From the NCBI GenBank assembly GCA_016218975.1, contig JACRCO010000071.1, positions 7,723 through 71,722 of the forward strand: 64,000 nucleotides of DNA, written 5' to 3'. This document shows, piece by piece, positions 43,959 through 52,861 of this stretch. Numbering within the stretch: the first letter of the stretch is position 1; every line of letters starts with the position of its first letter. The notes beneath the pieces are model-generated. The model made no database searches and was not told the DNA's origin. It saw nothing but the letters and a program-made list of their open reading frames with translations. Both the position numbers and the translations under genes were made by a program. This DNA comes from Deltaproteobacteria bacterium (lineage in GTDB: Bacteria; Desulfobacterota; Deferrimicrobia; Deferrimicrobiales; Deferrimicrobiaceae).

Positions 43959-46109
43959 ATGAATACCGGCAGGAACACCACCCTCTCCCGGATCTTCATC
44001 CCGGCGATGGATTGCCCGGACGAAGAGAAGGAAATCCGCGTCGCGCTGGGGCGTCTCTCCAGGGTGGAAGCGCTCACTTTCCACCTTTTCTCGCGCCAGG
44101 TGGAGGTTAGGCACCGGGGGGATCTCGATGAAATCCTCCACGCGCTGCGGGCCATCGGGATGGAGGGGCATCCCGTGGACGAATCCCTGCGGAAAGCCGA
44201 AATCCCGGAAACGTCCAGGGCATCGCTTAAAACCTTCTACGCGAGCGCCGTTCTGCTCCTTGCCGGGGCGGCGCTTTTCGCGCTGGCGAAGGATTCGCCC
44301 TGGGCGGGACGGCTCTTTCTCGCCTCGATAACGGCGGGAGGCGCGCCGGTCGCATGGCGGGGATTTCGGGAACTGCGCAACCGCTCCCTGGGGATGAACA
44401 CTCTCATGACCATCTCCATTTCCGGGGCGGCGGCGATGGGGGAGTGGGCGGAAGGTGCAGTCGTGGTCACCCTCTTCGCGCTGGCGAATCACCTGGAAGC
44501 GCGCAGCCTGGACCGCGCCCGGAAGGCCACAGCCGATCTTTTCGCATCCTCCCCCGACACCGCCGTCATCCGGGAAGGCGGCGTGGAGGGCAAGGAGCGC
44601 ACGGTCGCGGCGGAAGAGGTCCGGCCGGGCGACATGCTGATAATCCGGCCCGGCGCGCGCGTGCCTGTGGACGCCGTTGTATTCAAGGGATCCTCGGACG
44701 TCGGCGAGGCCATACTCACCGGCGAATCCCTGCCCGTGGAGAAACGGGAAGGCGATCCGCTGTACGCAGGCACGGTGAACGGTCGCGGGCTCCTGCTGGC
44801 GGAGGCGGAAAGACCGCTGTCGGAATCGGCATACGCGCGGATCCTGCGGCGCGTCGAGGAGGCCCAGTCGCAGAAGGCCCCCATCCAGGCCTTCATGGAA
44901 CGGTTCGCGGAAGTCTATACCCCCTCGGTGCTCGCGGCCGCCGCGCTGGTGGCGACGATCCCTCCGATCTTCGGCTTCGGCGCGCTCATCCCGTGGGCGT
45001 ACCGTGCGCTGGTCCTGCTCGTCATCGCCTGCCCCTGCGCCATAGTCCTTGCCGCTCCGGTCGTCACCATCACCGCTCTCACCCGCGCCACCCGCGACGG
45101 CATCCTGGTCAAGGGAGCGCATCACCTGGAGACCCTTGGCAAGATCCGCATGGTGGCGTTCGACAAGACGGGCACCCTCACCCGCGGAAAGCTGAAGATC
45201 ACCCGCGTGCGGGCGGCGGACGGATTTTCGGAGGAGGAGGTCGTTCGGCTGGCGGGCGCGGTGGAGGCGGGCTCCGCGCATCCCGTCGCCGAGGCGATCC
45301 GTCACGAGGCGAGGCGGCGGGGTGTTGCGCTGGCGGCGCGCGGGACTGTGGCGCGAACCATGGAGGTTTTCGGAGGACGGGGCGTATCGGCGCAGGTGGA
45401 GGGGAAACGCGTGCTCGTCGGAAACAGGCGTCTCTTCGAAGAGACAGGCATTCCGTTGTCCACGCTGGGCGCGCTGCACCCCGAAGGAGGGAAGGACGAT
45501 TCCCGGTTGACCGCCATTGTGGGGACGCCGGACGGAATCGCGGGGGTCCTCGAAATGGAGGACGAACTCAGGGGGGAGGCCCAGGCGGCGGTTCGCTCGC
45601 TGCAGGCGCTGGGCGTCGAGCACGTGGCCATGCTTACCGGCGACCGTTCCGGCATCGCGCGGGCCGCCGCCGCCACGATCGGAATCCGCGAGGTCTTTTC
45701 GGGACTCTTACCGGAAGACAAACTCGAAAAGGTGAGGGAGCTCGTGAATGTCAACGGAGCGGTCGCGATGGTCGGGGACGGCGTCAACGACGCTCCTGCG
45801 CTTGCCCTTTCCACCGTCGGCATCGCGATGGGCGCCGCGGGATCTCCGGTGGCCATCGAGACGGCGGACGTCGCGCTGATGACGGAGGACCTGCGAAAGA
45901 TCCCCGCCGCGATCGTTCTGGGGCGCAGGATGGTTTCGGTCATCCGGCAGAACGTCGCATACTCCCTCGCGATCAAGGCCGGCTTCCTGGCATTGGCGGT
46001 GGCCGGTTACGCGACCCTGTGGATGGCGGTGGCCGCCGACATGGGGACGACGCTGCTCGTCATCGGGAACGGCATGAGGTTGCTGCGGAACCAGGGAATC
46101 CCCGGATAA
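43959..46109 (+). CDS. P1B-type heavy-metal-translocating P-type ATPase
   Basis: CPC motif in TM6 (ACPCAIVLAAP), DKTGTLT phosphorylation site, GDGVNDAPAL hinge. Degenerate N-terminal HMA-like domain with a single Cys (MDCPDE). Confidence 0.9.
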   Translation: MNTGRNTTLSRIFIPAMDCPDEEKEIRVALGRLSRVEALTFHLFSRQVEVRHRGDLDEILHALRAIGMEGHPVDESLRKAEIPETSRASLKTFYASAVLLLAGAALFALAKDSPWAGRLFLASITAGGAPVAWRGFRELRNRSLGMNTLMTISISGAAAMGEWAEGAVVVTLFALANHLEARSLDRARKATADLFASSPDTAVIREGGVEGKERTVAAEEVRPGDMLIIRPGARVPVDAVVFKGSSDVGEAILTGESLPVEKREGDPLYAGTVNGRGLLLAEAERPLSESAYARILRRVEEAQSQKAPIQAFMERFAEVYTPSVLAAAALVATIPPIFGFGALIPWAYRALVLLVIACPCAIVLAAPVVTITALTRATRDGILVKGAHHLETLGKIRMVAFDKTGTLTRGKLKITRVRAADGFSEEEVVRLAGAVEAGSAHPVAEAIRHEARRRGVALAARGTVARTMEVFGGRGVSAQVEGKRVLVGNRRLFEETGIPLSTLGALHPEGGKDDSRLTAIVGTPDGIAGVLEMEDELRGEAQAAVRSLQALGVEHVAMLTGDRSGIARAAAATIGIREVFSGLLPEDKLEKVRELVNVNGAVAMVGDGVNDAPALALSTVGIAMGAAGSPVAIETADVALMTEDLRKIPAAIVLGRRMVSVIRQNVAYSLAIKAGFLALAVAGYATLWMAVAADMGTTLLVIGNGMRLLRNQGIPG

Positions 46110-46116
46110 CCGCGGC

Positions 46117-47313
46117 ATGGGAAGATCGCGACTGCACCGCAACGTCTTCGCGCTGGGTCTGGTAAGCCTTCTCACCGACTTCTCAAGCGAAATGATCTAT
46201 CCCTTGCTGCCCGTGTTCCTCACGTCCACGCTCGGCGCGGGGCCGGCGGCGCTCGGGATCATCGAAGGCGTGGCGGAAACAACCGCCAGCCTGCTCAAGC
46301 TCTTTTCCGGCATGTGGGCCGACCGGACGGGCCGTAAAAAACCGCTGGTGCTCTCCGGCTACGGCCTTTCCGCCCTGATGCGCCCGCTGGTGGGGTTCGC
46401 CACGGCGTGGGGACACGTACTGGCGGTGCGATTCTCCGACCGGATCGGCAAAGGAATCCGCTCTTCCCCCCGGGATGCGCTGATCGCCGGAGCGGTCCCC
46501 GCGGCGGACCGCGGCCGGGCCTTCGGCCTGCAGAGGTCGATGGACCACATGGGGGCGGTCATCGGCCCTCTGGCCGCCTTCCTGCTGCTCTACGGGGCGG
46601 ACCTGTCCCTGCGGAGCGTCTTTTTTCTTTCGGCGGTCCCGGGCGCCGCGGCGGTCCTTGCGCTGTTCCTGTTCGTCCGGGAGCCGGAAACCCCGCCCCC
46701 CGTGCACGTCGGGGGTAAATTGAAGGACGGGGATCTGCCTCCCGCCTTCCGGCGCTACCTGTTCATCGTGGGACTGTTCACGCTCGGAAATGCCAGCGAC
46801 GCCTTCCTCATCCTGCGCGCCGTGGAATCGGGCGTCCCGGTTGCTTACGTTCCGCTGCTGTGGGGGGCGTTTCATGTCGTCAAGTCCGCCCTGTCCACCC
46901 CGGCAGGGATCCTTTCCGACCGCATGGACCGCAGGAAGGTGGTCGTCGCGGGGTGGATCGTCTACGCGGCCGCGTACGCGGCATGGGGGATCGCGCGGGG
47001 GCCGGCCTGGATGACGGGTTTGTTCCTGGTGTACGGGCTTTACGCCGCGGCCACCGAAGGCGTCGAGCGGGCTTTGGTTGCCGATTTCGTTCCGCCGGAG
47101 CGACGCGGGACGGCTTTCGGCTGGTTCCACCTCGTCGTCGGCCTTGCCGCCCTGCCGGCGAGCGTCATCTTCGGGGTTCTCTATAAAATGTACGGCGCCG
47201 GTGCCGCGTTCGGGACAAGCGCGTCCCTGGCGGTCATCGCGTCCGCGCTGCTCCTGCTTCTAAAGACCCCCACTGCGTCTGCGGGGACCGGCCGGGAGAC
47301 TCGATCACCCTGA
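46117..47313 (+). CDS. MFS transporter
   Basis: 12 predicted hydrophobic segments. MFS loop motif GMWADRTGRKKPL. Starts 8 nt after the ATPase stop. Confidence 0.8.
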   Translation: MGRSRLHRNVFALGLVSLLTDFSSEMIYPLLPVFLTSTLGAGPAALGIIEGVAETTASLLKLFSGMWADRTGRKKPLVLSGYGLSALMRPLVGFATAWGHVLAVRFSDRIGKGIRSSPRDALIAGAVPAADRGRAFGLQRSMDHMGAVIGPLAAFLLLYGADLSLRSVFFLSAVPGAAAVLALFLFVREPETPPPVHVGGKLKDGDLPPAFRRYLFIVGLFTLGNASDAFLILRAVESGVPVAYVPLLWGAFHVVKSALSTPAGILSDRMDRRKVVVAGWIVYAAAYAAWGIARGPAWMTGLFLVYGLYAAATEGVERALVADFVPPERRGTAFGWFHLVVGLAALPASVIFGVLYKMYGAGAAFGTSASLAVIASALLLLLKTPTASAGTGRETRSP

Positions 47314-48328
47314 GGACGAAGGGGCGACGCGTTGTCGGTCCGCCGAACCGCATGTCGAGAAAGGTGACGACCGTTTTCCCGTCTTCCGTTGCCACGCGCA
47401 CCGTGGGGAAGCGCGCGAACCAGAGATAGGTGCGGACGTCCTGAAGGTCCCGCAGCGCCTTCGCTTCAGGTGCCTCACGCCCCTTCCACTCCCGCTCCTT
47501 CCAGTCCACCGCGCCGTCGAACGGATTCACTTCGGCCCTTAGATACGTTCGGCCGTCGTCCACGAAGCCGTTCCAGGCGCACGGTCCCGCCGGGATCGGG
47601 AACCTGTCGCGGCGTGCGATCGCCGCAAGCCCGGGGGCAACCTCTTCGAACTTCGGCTTCTGCGCGGCCTCGGCCCTCCTCCCCGGTGTCAGGTCCGGCA
47701 GGGAACGAATTTCGGGAAGACGCGGCAGCGCCCATGCCGAAACCACCGGAACCCCGTTCCGGACCGCCGCGTACCGCACGGCTTCCTCGGCCCTCAGGTG
47801 CAGAAATGCCGCGAAACCCACATATACTGTCAGAACGGCAAGCGCCGCCCGCGCCCGTGACGGGCTATGGCGCGAAAGCAATATCCCGAGGACTATGATC
47901 CCGGTGAACGCAAGATCTACGATAAAAAGCAGATCGAAGGACACCCTGGCGTTGGAAAACGGCTGGAAGATCTGCGTCCCGTAGGAGTTGAGAAGGTCGA
48001 GCCCTATGTGGGAAAGCTGCCCGAGCAGCACCAAAAGATAAAGTTTTTTGAGGTCTTTCCACTTTCCGAACTTGTGAAAAAGCAGCGCGACTGCAAGCGA
48101 GGTGATCGCGATGCCGGCAAAGGAATGAGACACTCCCCGGTGGAGCCGAATATAGAATTCGCTCCCCAGCAACGAAGCGATGTTGTCGGCATCCGGCAGA
48201 ACCGCGCCGAGGACCATGGCAACGGTCGCTTCCCTTTTCACCGCTTTCACCGCTTCGGAATTTCCCGCTACGGGCGGAATGGCTCTTGCAATGAGCCATC
48301 CCGCAAGTCCATGGGTGACGGTATCCAT
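47234..48328 (-). CDS. YdjM-like membrane-bound metal-dependent hydrolase family protein
   Basis: N-terminus MDTVTHGLAGWLIA...LPDADNI, typical of the DUF457/YdjM family. About 5 TM helices followed by a soluble C-terminal domain. Convergent 80-nt overlap with the MFS 3' end, so the exact stop is uncertain. Confidence 0.55.
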   Translation of the reverse strand: MDTVTHGLAGWLIARAIPPVAGNSEAVKAVKREATVAMVLGAVLPDADNIASLLGSEFYIRLHRGVSHSFAGIAITSLAVALLFHKFGKWKDLKKLYLLVLLGQLSHIGLDLLNSYGTQIFQPFSNARVSFDLLFIVDLAFTGIIVLGILLSRHSPSRARAALAVLTVYVGFAAFLHLRAEEAVRYAAVRNGVPVVSAWALPRLPEIRSLPDLTPGRRAEAAQKPKFEEVAPGLAAIARRDRFPIPAGPCAWNGFVDDGRTYLRAEVNPFDGAVDWKEREWKGREAPEAKALRDLQDVRTYLWFARFPTVRVATEDGKTVVTFLDMRFGGPTTRRPFVLRVIESPGRSPQTQWGSLEAGAARTR

Positions 48329-48349
48329 TAGCGATTAATTATACCACCG

Positions 48350-49732
48350 TCAAATCATCGTCTTCGGATCGAGAACGCGCTCGATCTCCGCCTCGGTCAG
48401 GAGCCCCTTCTCCCTCAGCAGCATGCGGATGGTCTTTCCAGTGTGAAACGCCTCATGTGCAAGCTCCGCGGCCGGGTTGTAGCCGATCTTGACCGCCAGC
48501 GGGGTCACCATGGCAAGGCTCTGCTCGATCAGCTCCTCGCACCGCTTCCGGTTGGGAGATATTCCCACTACGCACTTTTCCGCAAGGAGACGGGACGCCG
48601 CGGAGAGGAGCCGGATCGATTCCAGCAGGTTGCGCGCCATCACCGGGAGCATCACGTTCAGTTCAAGCACCCCGAGCGAGCCGGAGAGCGTCACAGCCGC
48701 ATCGTTGCCTACGACCTGCGCGCATACCTGGATCCCCATCTCCAGGATGACGGGGTTGACCTTCCCCGGCATGATGGAGGACCCCGGCTGAAGCGAGGGA
48801 AGCTCGATTTCCCCTATCCCGCACCGAGGGCCGGATGATATAAGCCGCAGGTCGTTGCAGATTTTCATCAGTGAGGCGGAATAACCTTTCAGCGCACCGC
48901 TCGCGGAGACCAGCGGGTCCTGCGCCCCCATCGCCTCGAACCGGTTCTCGGCAGGCCGGAAAGGGATGCCGGTAAGCCGGTCGATCTCGGCAACGGTCCG
49001 CAGGCCGAACTCCGGATGGGCGTTCAGTCCCGTCCCCACCGCCGTCCCGCCCAAAGGCAGCTCTTCCAGGTCGGGGAAAGTCCCGCGTATGCGGCGGATG
49101 CCGTGGTCCACCTGGGAGGCGTAAGCGGAGAACTCCTGCCCCAGGGTGACGGGAACGGCGTCCTGCAAGTGGGTCCTGCCGATTTTCAGTACGTCGGAAA
49201 ACTCCCGCGCCTTCGCATCCAGCGCATCCCGCAACAGCTCGAGGGCGGGAAGAAGCTCGCCGGAGAGTTGCCTTCGCGCCGCGACCCGGATCGCGGAAGG
49301 AATGACGTCGTTGCTCGACTGGCAGCGGTTGACGTGGTCGTTCGGATGGACCGGCGCATTGCTCCCCCTGGGCTGTCCCAGAAGCTCGTTCGCCCGGTTT
49401 GCCAGCACCTCGTTGACGTTCATGTTGGTGGATGTCCCGGAGCCCGTCTGGAAGACGTCGACCACGAACTCCCGGTCGAACTTCCCTTCAAGGACTTCAC
49501 GCGCCGCCCGCGAGATCACATCCGCGAGCGGAGGAGGCAGAATCCCGAGCCCGGCGTTCACCTCCGCCGCCAGGCCCTTGATCATCGCCGCGGCGTGCAC
49601 TACCGGCAGGGGCATGGGCAAACCGCTCACGGGAAAATTATCGAAGGCCCTGCGTGTCTGCGCCCCGTAATACGCATCCTCGGGGACGAGGACCTCCCCC
49701 ATCGAATCCTTCTCGATCCGGAAACCGTTCAT
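48350..49732 (-). CDS. Class II fumarate hydratase / aspartate ammonia-lyase family enzyme
   Basis: Within ORF 48350..49930. Start taken at ATG 49732 (MNGFRIEKDSMGEVLVPEDAYYGAQTRRAFDNF). Signature GSSIMPGKVNP. FumC and AspA cannot be separated confidently by eye. Confidence 0.85.
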   Translation of the reverse strand: MNGFRIEKDSMGEVLVPEDAYYGAQTRRAFDNFPVSGLPMPLPVVHAAAMIKGLAAEVNAGLGILPPPLADVISRAAREVLEGKFDREFVVDVFQTGSGTSTNMNVNEVLANRANELLGQPRGSNAPVHPNDHVNRCQSSNDVIPSAIRVAARRQLSGELLPALELLRDALDAKAREFSDVLKIGRTHLQDAVPVTLGQEFSAYASQVDHGIRRIRGTFPDLEELPLGGTAVGTGLNAHPEFGLRTVAEIDRLTGIPFRPAENRFEAMGAQDPLVSASGALKGYSASLMKICNDLRLISSGPRCGIGEIELPSLQPGSSIMPGKVNPVILEMGIQVCAQVVGNDAAVTLSGSLGVLELNVMLPVMARNLLESIRLLSAASRLLAEKCVVGISPNRKRCEELIEQSLAMVTPLAVKIGYNPAAELAHEAFHTGKTIRMLLREKGLLTEAEIERVLDPKTMI

Positions 49733-49830
49733 CGCCTCCTCCCCGGTACCTGCATCGGCTGCCCCCCGTGAGATTCCATCCGGAAAGGAGACGTTTCCCT
49801 GGTCAGCCGGCGGCCGTTCCCGCCGGTCCC

Positions 49831-50484
49831 CTATCCCGGAAGCACCAGTTCTTCGTGGCGGACCGGCTCGTACTGCTCCTTGTCCGGATTGTAAGTATGG
49901 ACCTGTCCCTTGCCTATCTCGAAGAACCACGCATGGATGTGAAGTTTTCCATCCTGAACGGCCTTTCGGACCACGGGATATGTGCGGAGATTCTCCACCT
50001 GTACGAGCACGTTCTCTTCGGAGGTTATCGCCAGTCGCTCCTCCGATGACCGGTTGGGGTAGTTCTTCGCGACCACTTCGATCGTACGGTCACCGTGCCG
50101 AAGCCAGTACAGGATGTGCGGGGTTTCGGCGTAGTGCGATCTCTCCTTGTACAGCGCTTTCATCGCCCCGCAGTCCGAGTGGCCGCAAACGATGATGTCC
50201 CGGACGTGAAGATGTTTTACGGCGTACTCGACCGCTGCCGCCACACCGGTGCCGTCGGGAGGGTTCTCCGTGTACGGCGGCACGAAATTCCCCACGTTTT
50301 TGAATATGAAGAGGTCGCCGGGTTTCCCCTGGGTGATCACCACGGGGTCCACCCTCGAGTCGCAGCAGGTGATGAACAGCGCGTCGGGACTCTGCCCGTG
50401 CTCGGCCAGGCGGTTGAACAGCTCCCAGTGCTCGCTCCGGTAATGTTTCTGGAACCTGTGGACCCCCGCGATCAACTTTTCCAT
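49831..50484 (-). CDS. Beta-class carbonic anhydrase
   Basis: Motifs CCDSRVDP, HSDCGAM. 217 aa. Confidence 0.85.
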   Translation of the reverse strand: MEKLIAGVHRFQKHYRSEHWELFNRLAEHGQSPDALFITCCDSRVDPVVITQGKPGDLFIFKNVGNFVPPYTENPPDGTGVAAAVEYAVKHLHVRDIIVCGHSDCGAMKALYKERSHYAETPHILYWLRHGDRTIEVVAKNYPNRSSEERLAITSEENVLVQVENLRTYPVVRKAVQDGKLHIHAWFFEIGKGQVHTYNPDKEQYEPVRHEELVLPG

Positions 50485-50579
50485 GGCGTCGGCCTCCGGG
50501 TGGGGTGTGTTTCCCGTATCCCGACATATTAAACGATTTAAGCGTCTTTCAAACGGTAATTGCGGTTTCCGGCAGCCGC

Positions 50580-50593
50580 TTGACGTATATCAA
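50580..50593. promoter_or_regulatory. FNR/DNR/NnrR-type box (TTGAC-N4-ATCAA) upstream of norCB
   Basis: TTGACGTATATCAA is a near-perfect palindrome in the CA/norC divergent intergenic region, about 145 nt upstream of the norC ATG. TATTCT lies at the spacing expected for a class II activated promoter. Confidence 0.5.
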
Positions 50594-50735
50594 GGCGGAC
50601 CACCTTCCCGCCGCACTATTCTGGCGGTGAAATATTAAAAAAACAAAATGTTTCCCGGGCGCATCGAAGCCGGAAACAACGGTAAATGCGGGTGAAAACC
50701 GGAGATTCACATTCAGGGGATAAGGAGGTTCAGGG

Positions 50736-51437
50736 ATGACGAAGAAGACAGCCTTCTGGATTTTCCTGTTGGGCACCCTTTCGTCGGCGGTGCTTTTTCT
50801 TGCGCTTACGTGGGACACGCACCGGCAGGTGGTCGCCCTTTCTCACGCGGACAAGATAGACGACCGCGTGGTGGCCGGGAAAAGAGCCTTCGAAAAGTAC
50901 AACTGCAACGACTGCCACACGATCCTCGGGTTCGGCGCGTATTACGCCCCCGACCTGACGCGGGTGTCCCGGCGCGTCGGCGACGACGGGATCCGGTTCC
51001 GGATCAGGAATCCGCAGGCGGCGTTCGCCAACTCATGGCGGAAGATGCCCGACGTACACGCCTCCGACGCCGAAATCGAGGACATGGTCGCCTTCTTCCG
51101 TTGGGTGGGCGAGGTCAACAACAACGACTGGCCGCCGCAGGACAGTAAAAAGCGCCTTTCACGCGGCGAGCAGGTGATGGTCGCGTCGGTCGGGGTGTCG
51201 CCCGGCGCGGCGGTCTTCCAGTCGAAGGGGTGCATGAACTGCCACTCGCTGCGCGGGACGGGAGGTACGTTCGCCCCGCCCCTGGACACGATCGGCCGGT
51301 CGCTGTCCGCGGAGCAGATCGAGCATTACGTACGCGACCCGAAAAGCGTCAACCCGAACGCGAAAATGCCGCCGCAGAAGGATCTTACCGAACGCGAGAT
51401 CGATGAAGTGGCGAAATTCCTTTCGAGCCTGAAATAA
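50736..51437 (+). CDS. norC: Membrane-anchored di-haem cytochrome c, NorC-like (cNOR small subunit)
   Basis: N-terminal TM anchor. CNDCH and CMNCH haem-binding motifs. AAGGAGG RBS. Immediately upstream of the NorB-like gene. Confidence 0.75.
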   Translation: MTKKTAFWIFLLGTLSSAVLFLALTWDTHRQVVALSHADKIDDRVVAGKRAFEKYNCNDCHTILGFGAYYAPDLTRVSRRVGDDGIRFRIRNPQAAFANSWRKMPDVHASDAEIEDMVAFFRWVGEVNNNDWPPQDSKKRLSRGEQVMVASVGVSPGAAVFQSKGCMNCHSLRGTGGTFAPPLDTIGRSLSAEQIEHYVRDPKSVNPNAKMPPQKDLTEREIDEVAKFLSSLK

Positions 51438-51447
51438 GGAGGGGAAG

Positions 51448-52770
51448 ATGGAATACAAATCCCAGAAAATCGCCTACTGGTACTTCGCCGCGGCGCTGCC
51501 GCTGTTCGTGCTCCAGATCTTCCTCGGGCTGTACCTGGCGTACAGCTACACCTGGACAGTACCGCAGTCCGTCGTGGACGTCTTCCCCTTCTCGACGGCG
51601 CGCGCGATGCACACCAACCTCCTCGTCCTCTGGATGCTCCTTGGATTCATGGGGGGCACGTATTACATCGTCCCGGAGGAGACCAGGTCCGAAATCTATT
51701 CCGAAAAGCTCGCATACTTCCAGTTGTTCGCCCTGCTCGCGACGGGCGTCGTGGCGCTCGTCGGCTTCCTCTTCGGATGGACACAGGGGCGGCCGCTGCT
51801 GGAGATCCCGCGCCCGCTCGACTTCGTCGTGGTGGTGGGTGCGCTCATCTTCCTGTTCAACGTCGGCATGACGATGTTGAAGGCGGGGAAATGGACCGTG
51901 ATCCAGGGGACGCTGCTCGGCGGCCTCATCTTCCTCGCGCTTCTCTACCTGTTCGGGATCCCCTTCTATAAAAACGAAGTGATCGACTGGTACTACTGGT
52001 GGTGGGTCATCCACCTGTGGGTGGAGGGGGCGTGGGAGCTGGTCACCGGCGCCATCATGGCCTTCATCCTGATGAAGCTCACCGGCGTGGAGCGGGAGGT
52101 CGTGGAGAAGTGGCTCTACGTCGAGATCGGCCTCTTCCTCTTCACCGGGATCGCCGGGACGGGGCATCATTACTACTGGATCGGCGCCCCGCGGTACTGG
52201 CTGTGGATCGGGGGGATATTCTCGGCGCTGGAGCCTCTCCCAATCCTGCTGATGGTCATCGACACGATGCATCACGTCAAGAAGCGGCAGGCGAAGATCG
52301 TTAACCCCTTGACCTGGACCTACGCGGTGGGATGCGCGATCTATCACATGATCGGCGCGGGCGTCTGGGGGTTCCTGCACACGCTGCCGCAGATCAACTA
52401 CTATACGCACGGATCGCAGGTCACCGTGTCGCACGGCCACCTGGCTTTCTTCGGCGCCTATGCCCTTCTCAACCTCACGACCTTCTACTTCGCGATGCCG
52501 AAGTTGAAAGGAATCGAGGTGTACGACGATTCCCGCGGCAAGTACGGCTTCTGGATCATGTGCATCGCGATGATGCTCATGGGGCTCTTCTTCGGCGTGG
52601 CGGGAGTGCTGCAGAGCTACGTGGAACGGGTCATGGGGATGGGATACATGACGGCGCAGTCCTACATGCGGCTTTGGATGGGGGTCGTCTTCTTCTGCGG
52701 CATCTCGTTCCTTGCCGGGCTTTTGACGACGGTCGCCGACCTGCTCACCCTGCGGCCTGCGAAGGCTTAG
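51448..52770 (+). CDS. norB: Nitric oxide reductase large subunit NorB (haem-copper oxidase superfamily)
   Basis: 440 aa, 12 hydrophobic segments. Conserved His ligands in helices (HTNLLVLWMLLGFMGG, WWVIHLWVEGAWE, GTGHHYYWIG, HHV, SHGHLAFFGAY). AGGAGG RBS. Confidence 0.85.
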   Translation: MEYKSQKIAYWYFAAALPLFVLQIFLGLYLAYSYTWTVPQSVVDVFPFSTARAMHTNLLVLWMLLGFMGGTYYIVPEETRSEIYSEKLAYFQLFALLATGVVALVGFLFGWTQGRPLLEIPRPLDFVVVVGALIFLFNVGMTMLKAGKWTVIQGTLLGGLIFLALLYLFGIPFYKNEVIDWYYWWWVIHLWVEGAWELVTGAIMAFILMKLTGVEREVVEKWLYVEIGLFLFTGIAGTGHHYYWIGAPRYWLWIGGIFSALEPLPILLMVIDTMHHVKKRQAKIVNPLTWTYAVGCAIYHMIGAGVWGFLHTLPQINYYTHGSQVTVSHGHLAFFGAYALLNLTTFYFAMPKLKGIEVYDDSRGKYGFWIMCIAMMLMGLFFGVAGVLQSYVERVMGMGYMTAQSYMRLWMGVVFFCGISFLAGLLTTVADLLTLRPAKA

Positions 52771-52861
52771 AATGGAAAAATGAGGAGCTCCCCGGGTGCC
52801 CGGGAAGTAACCGCGGGGAGCGCCTCGATCGCACTTTGCATCTGACGCAAACGGAGGAAAC

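Noticed and set aside
43941-46165. 560-aa minus ORF (43941..45623) and 603-aa plus alternate-frame ORF (44354..46165)
   Set aside because: Both overlap the P-type ATPase, whose frame carries DKTGTLT, CPC and GDGVNDAPAL. The alternative translations are Arg/Gly/Pro low complexity.
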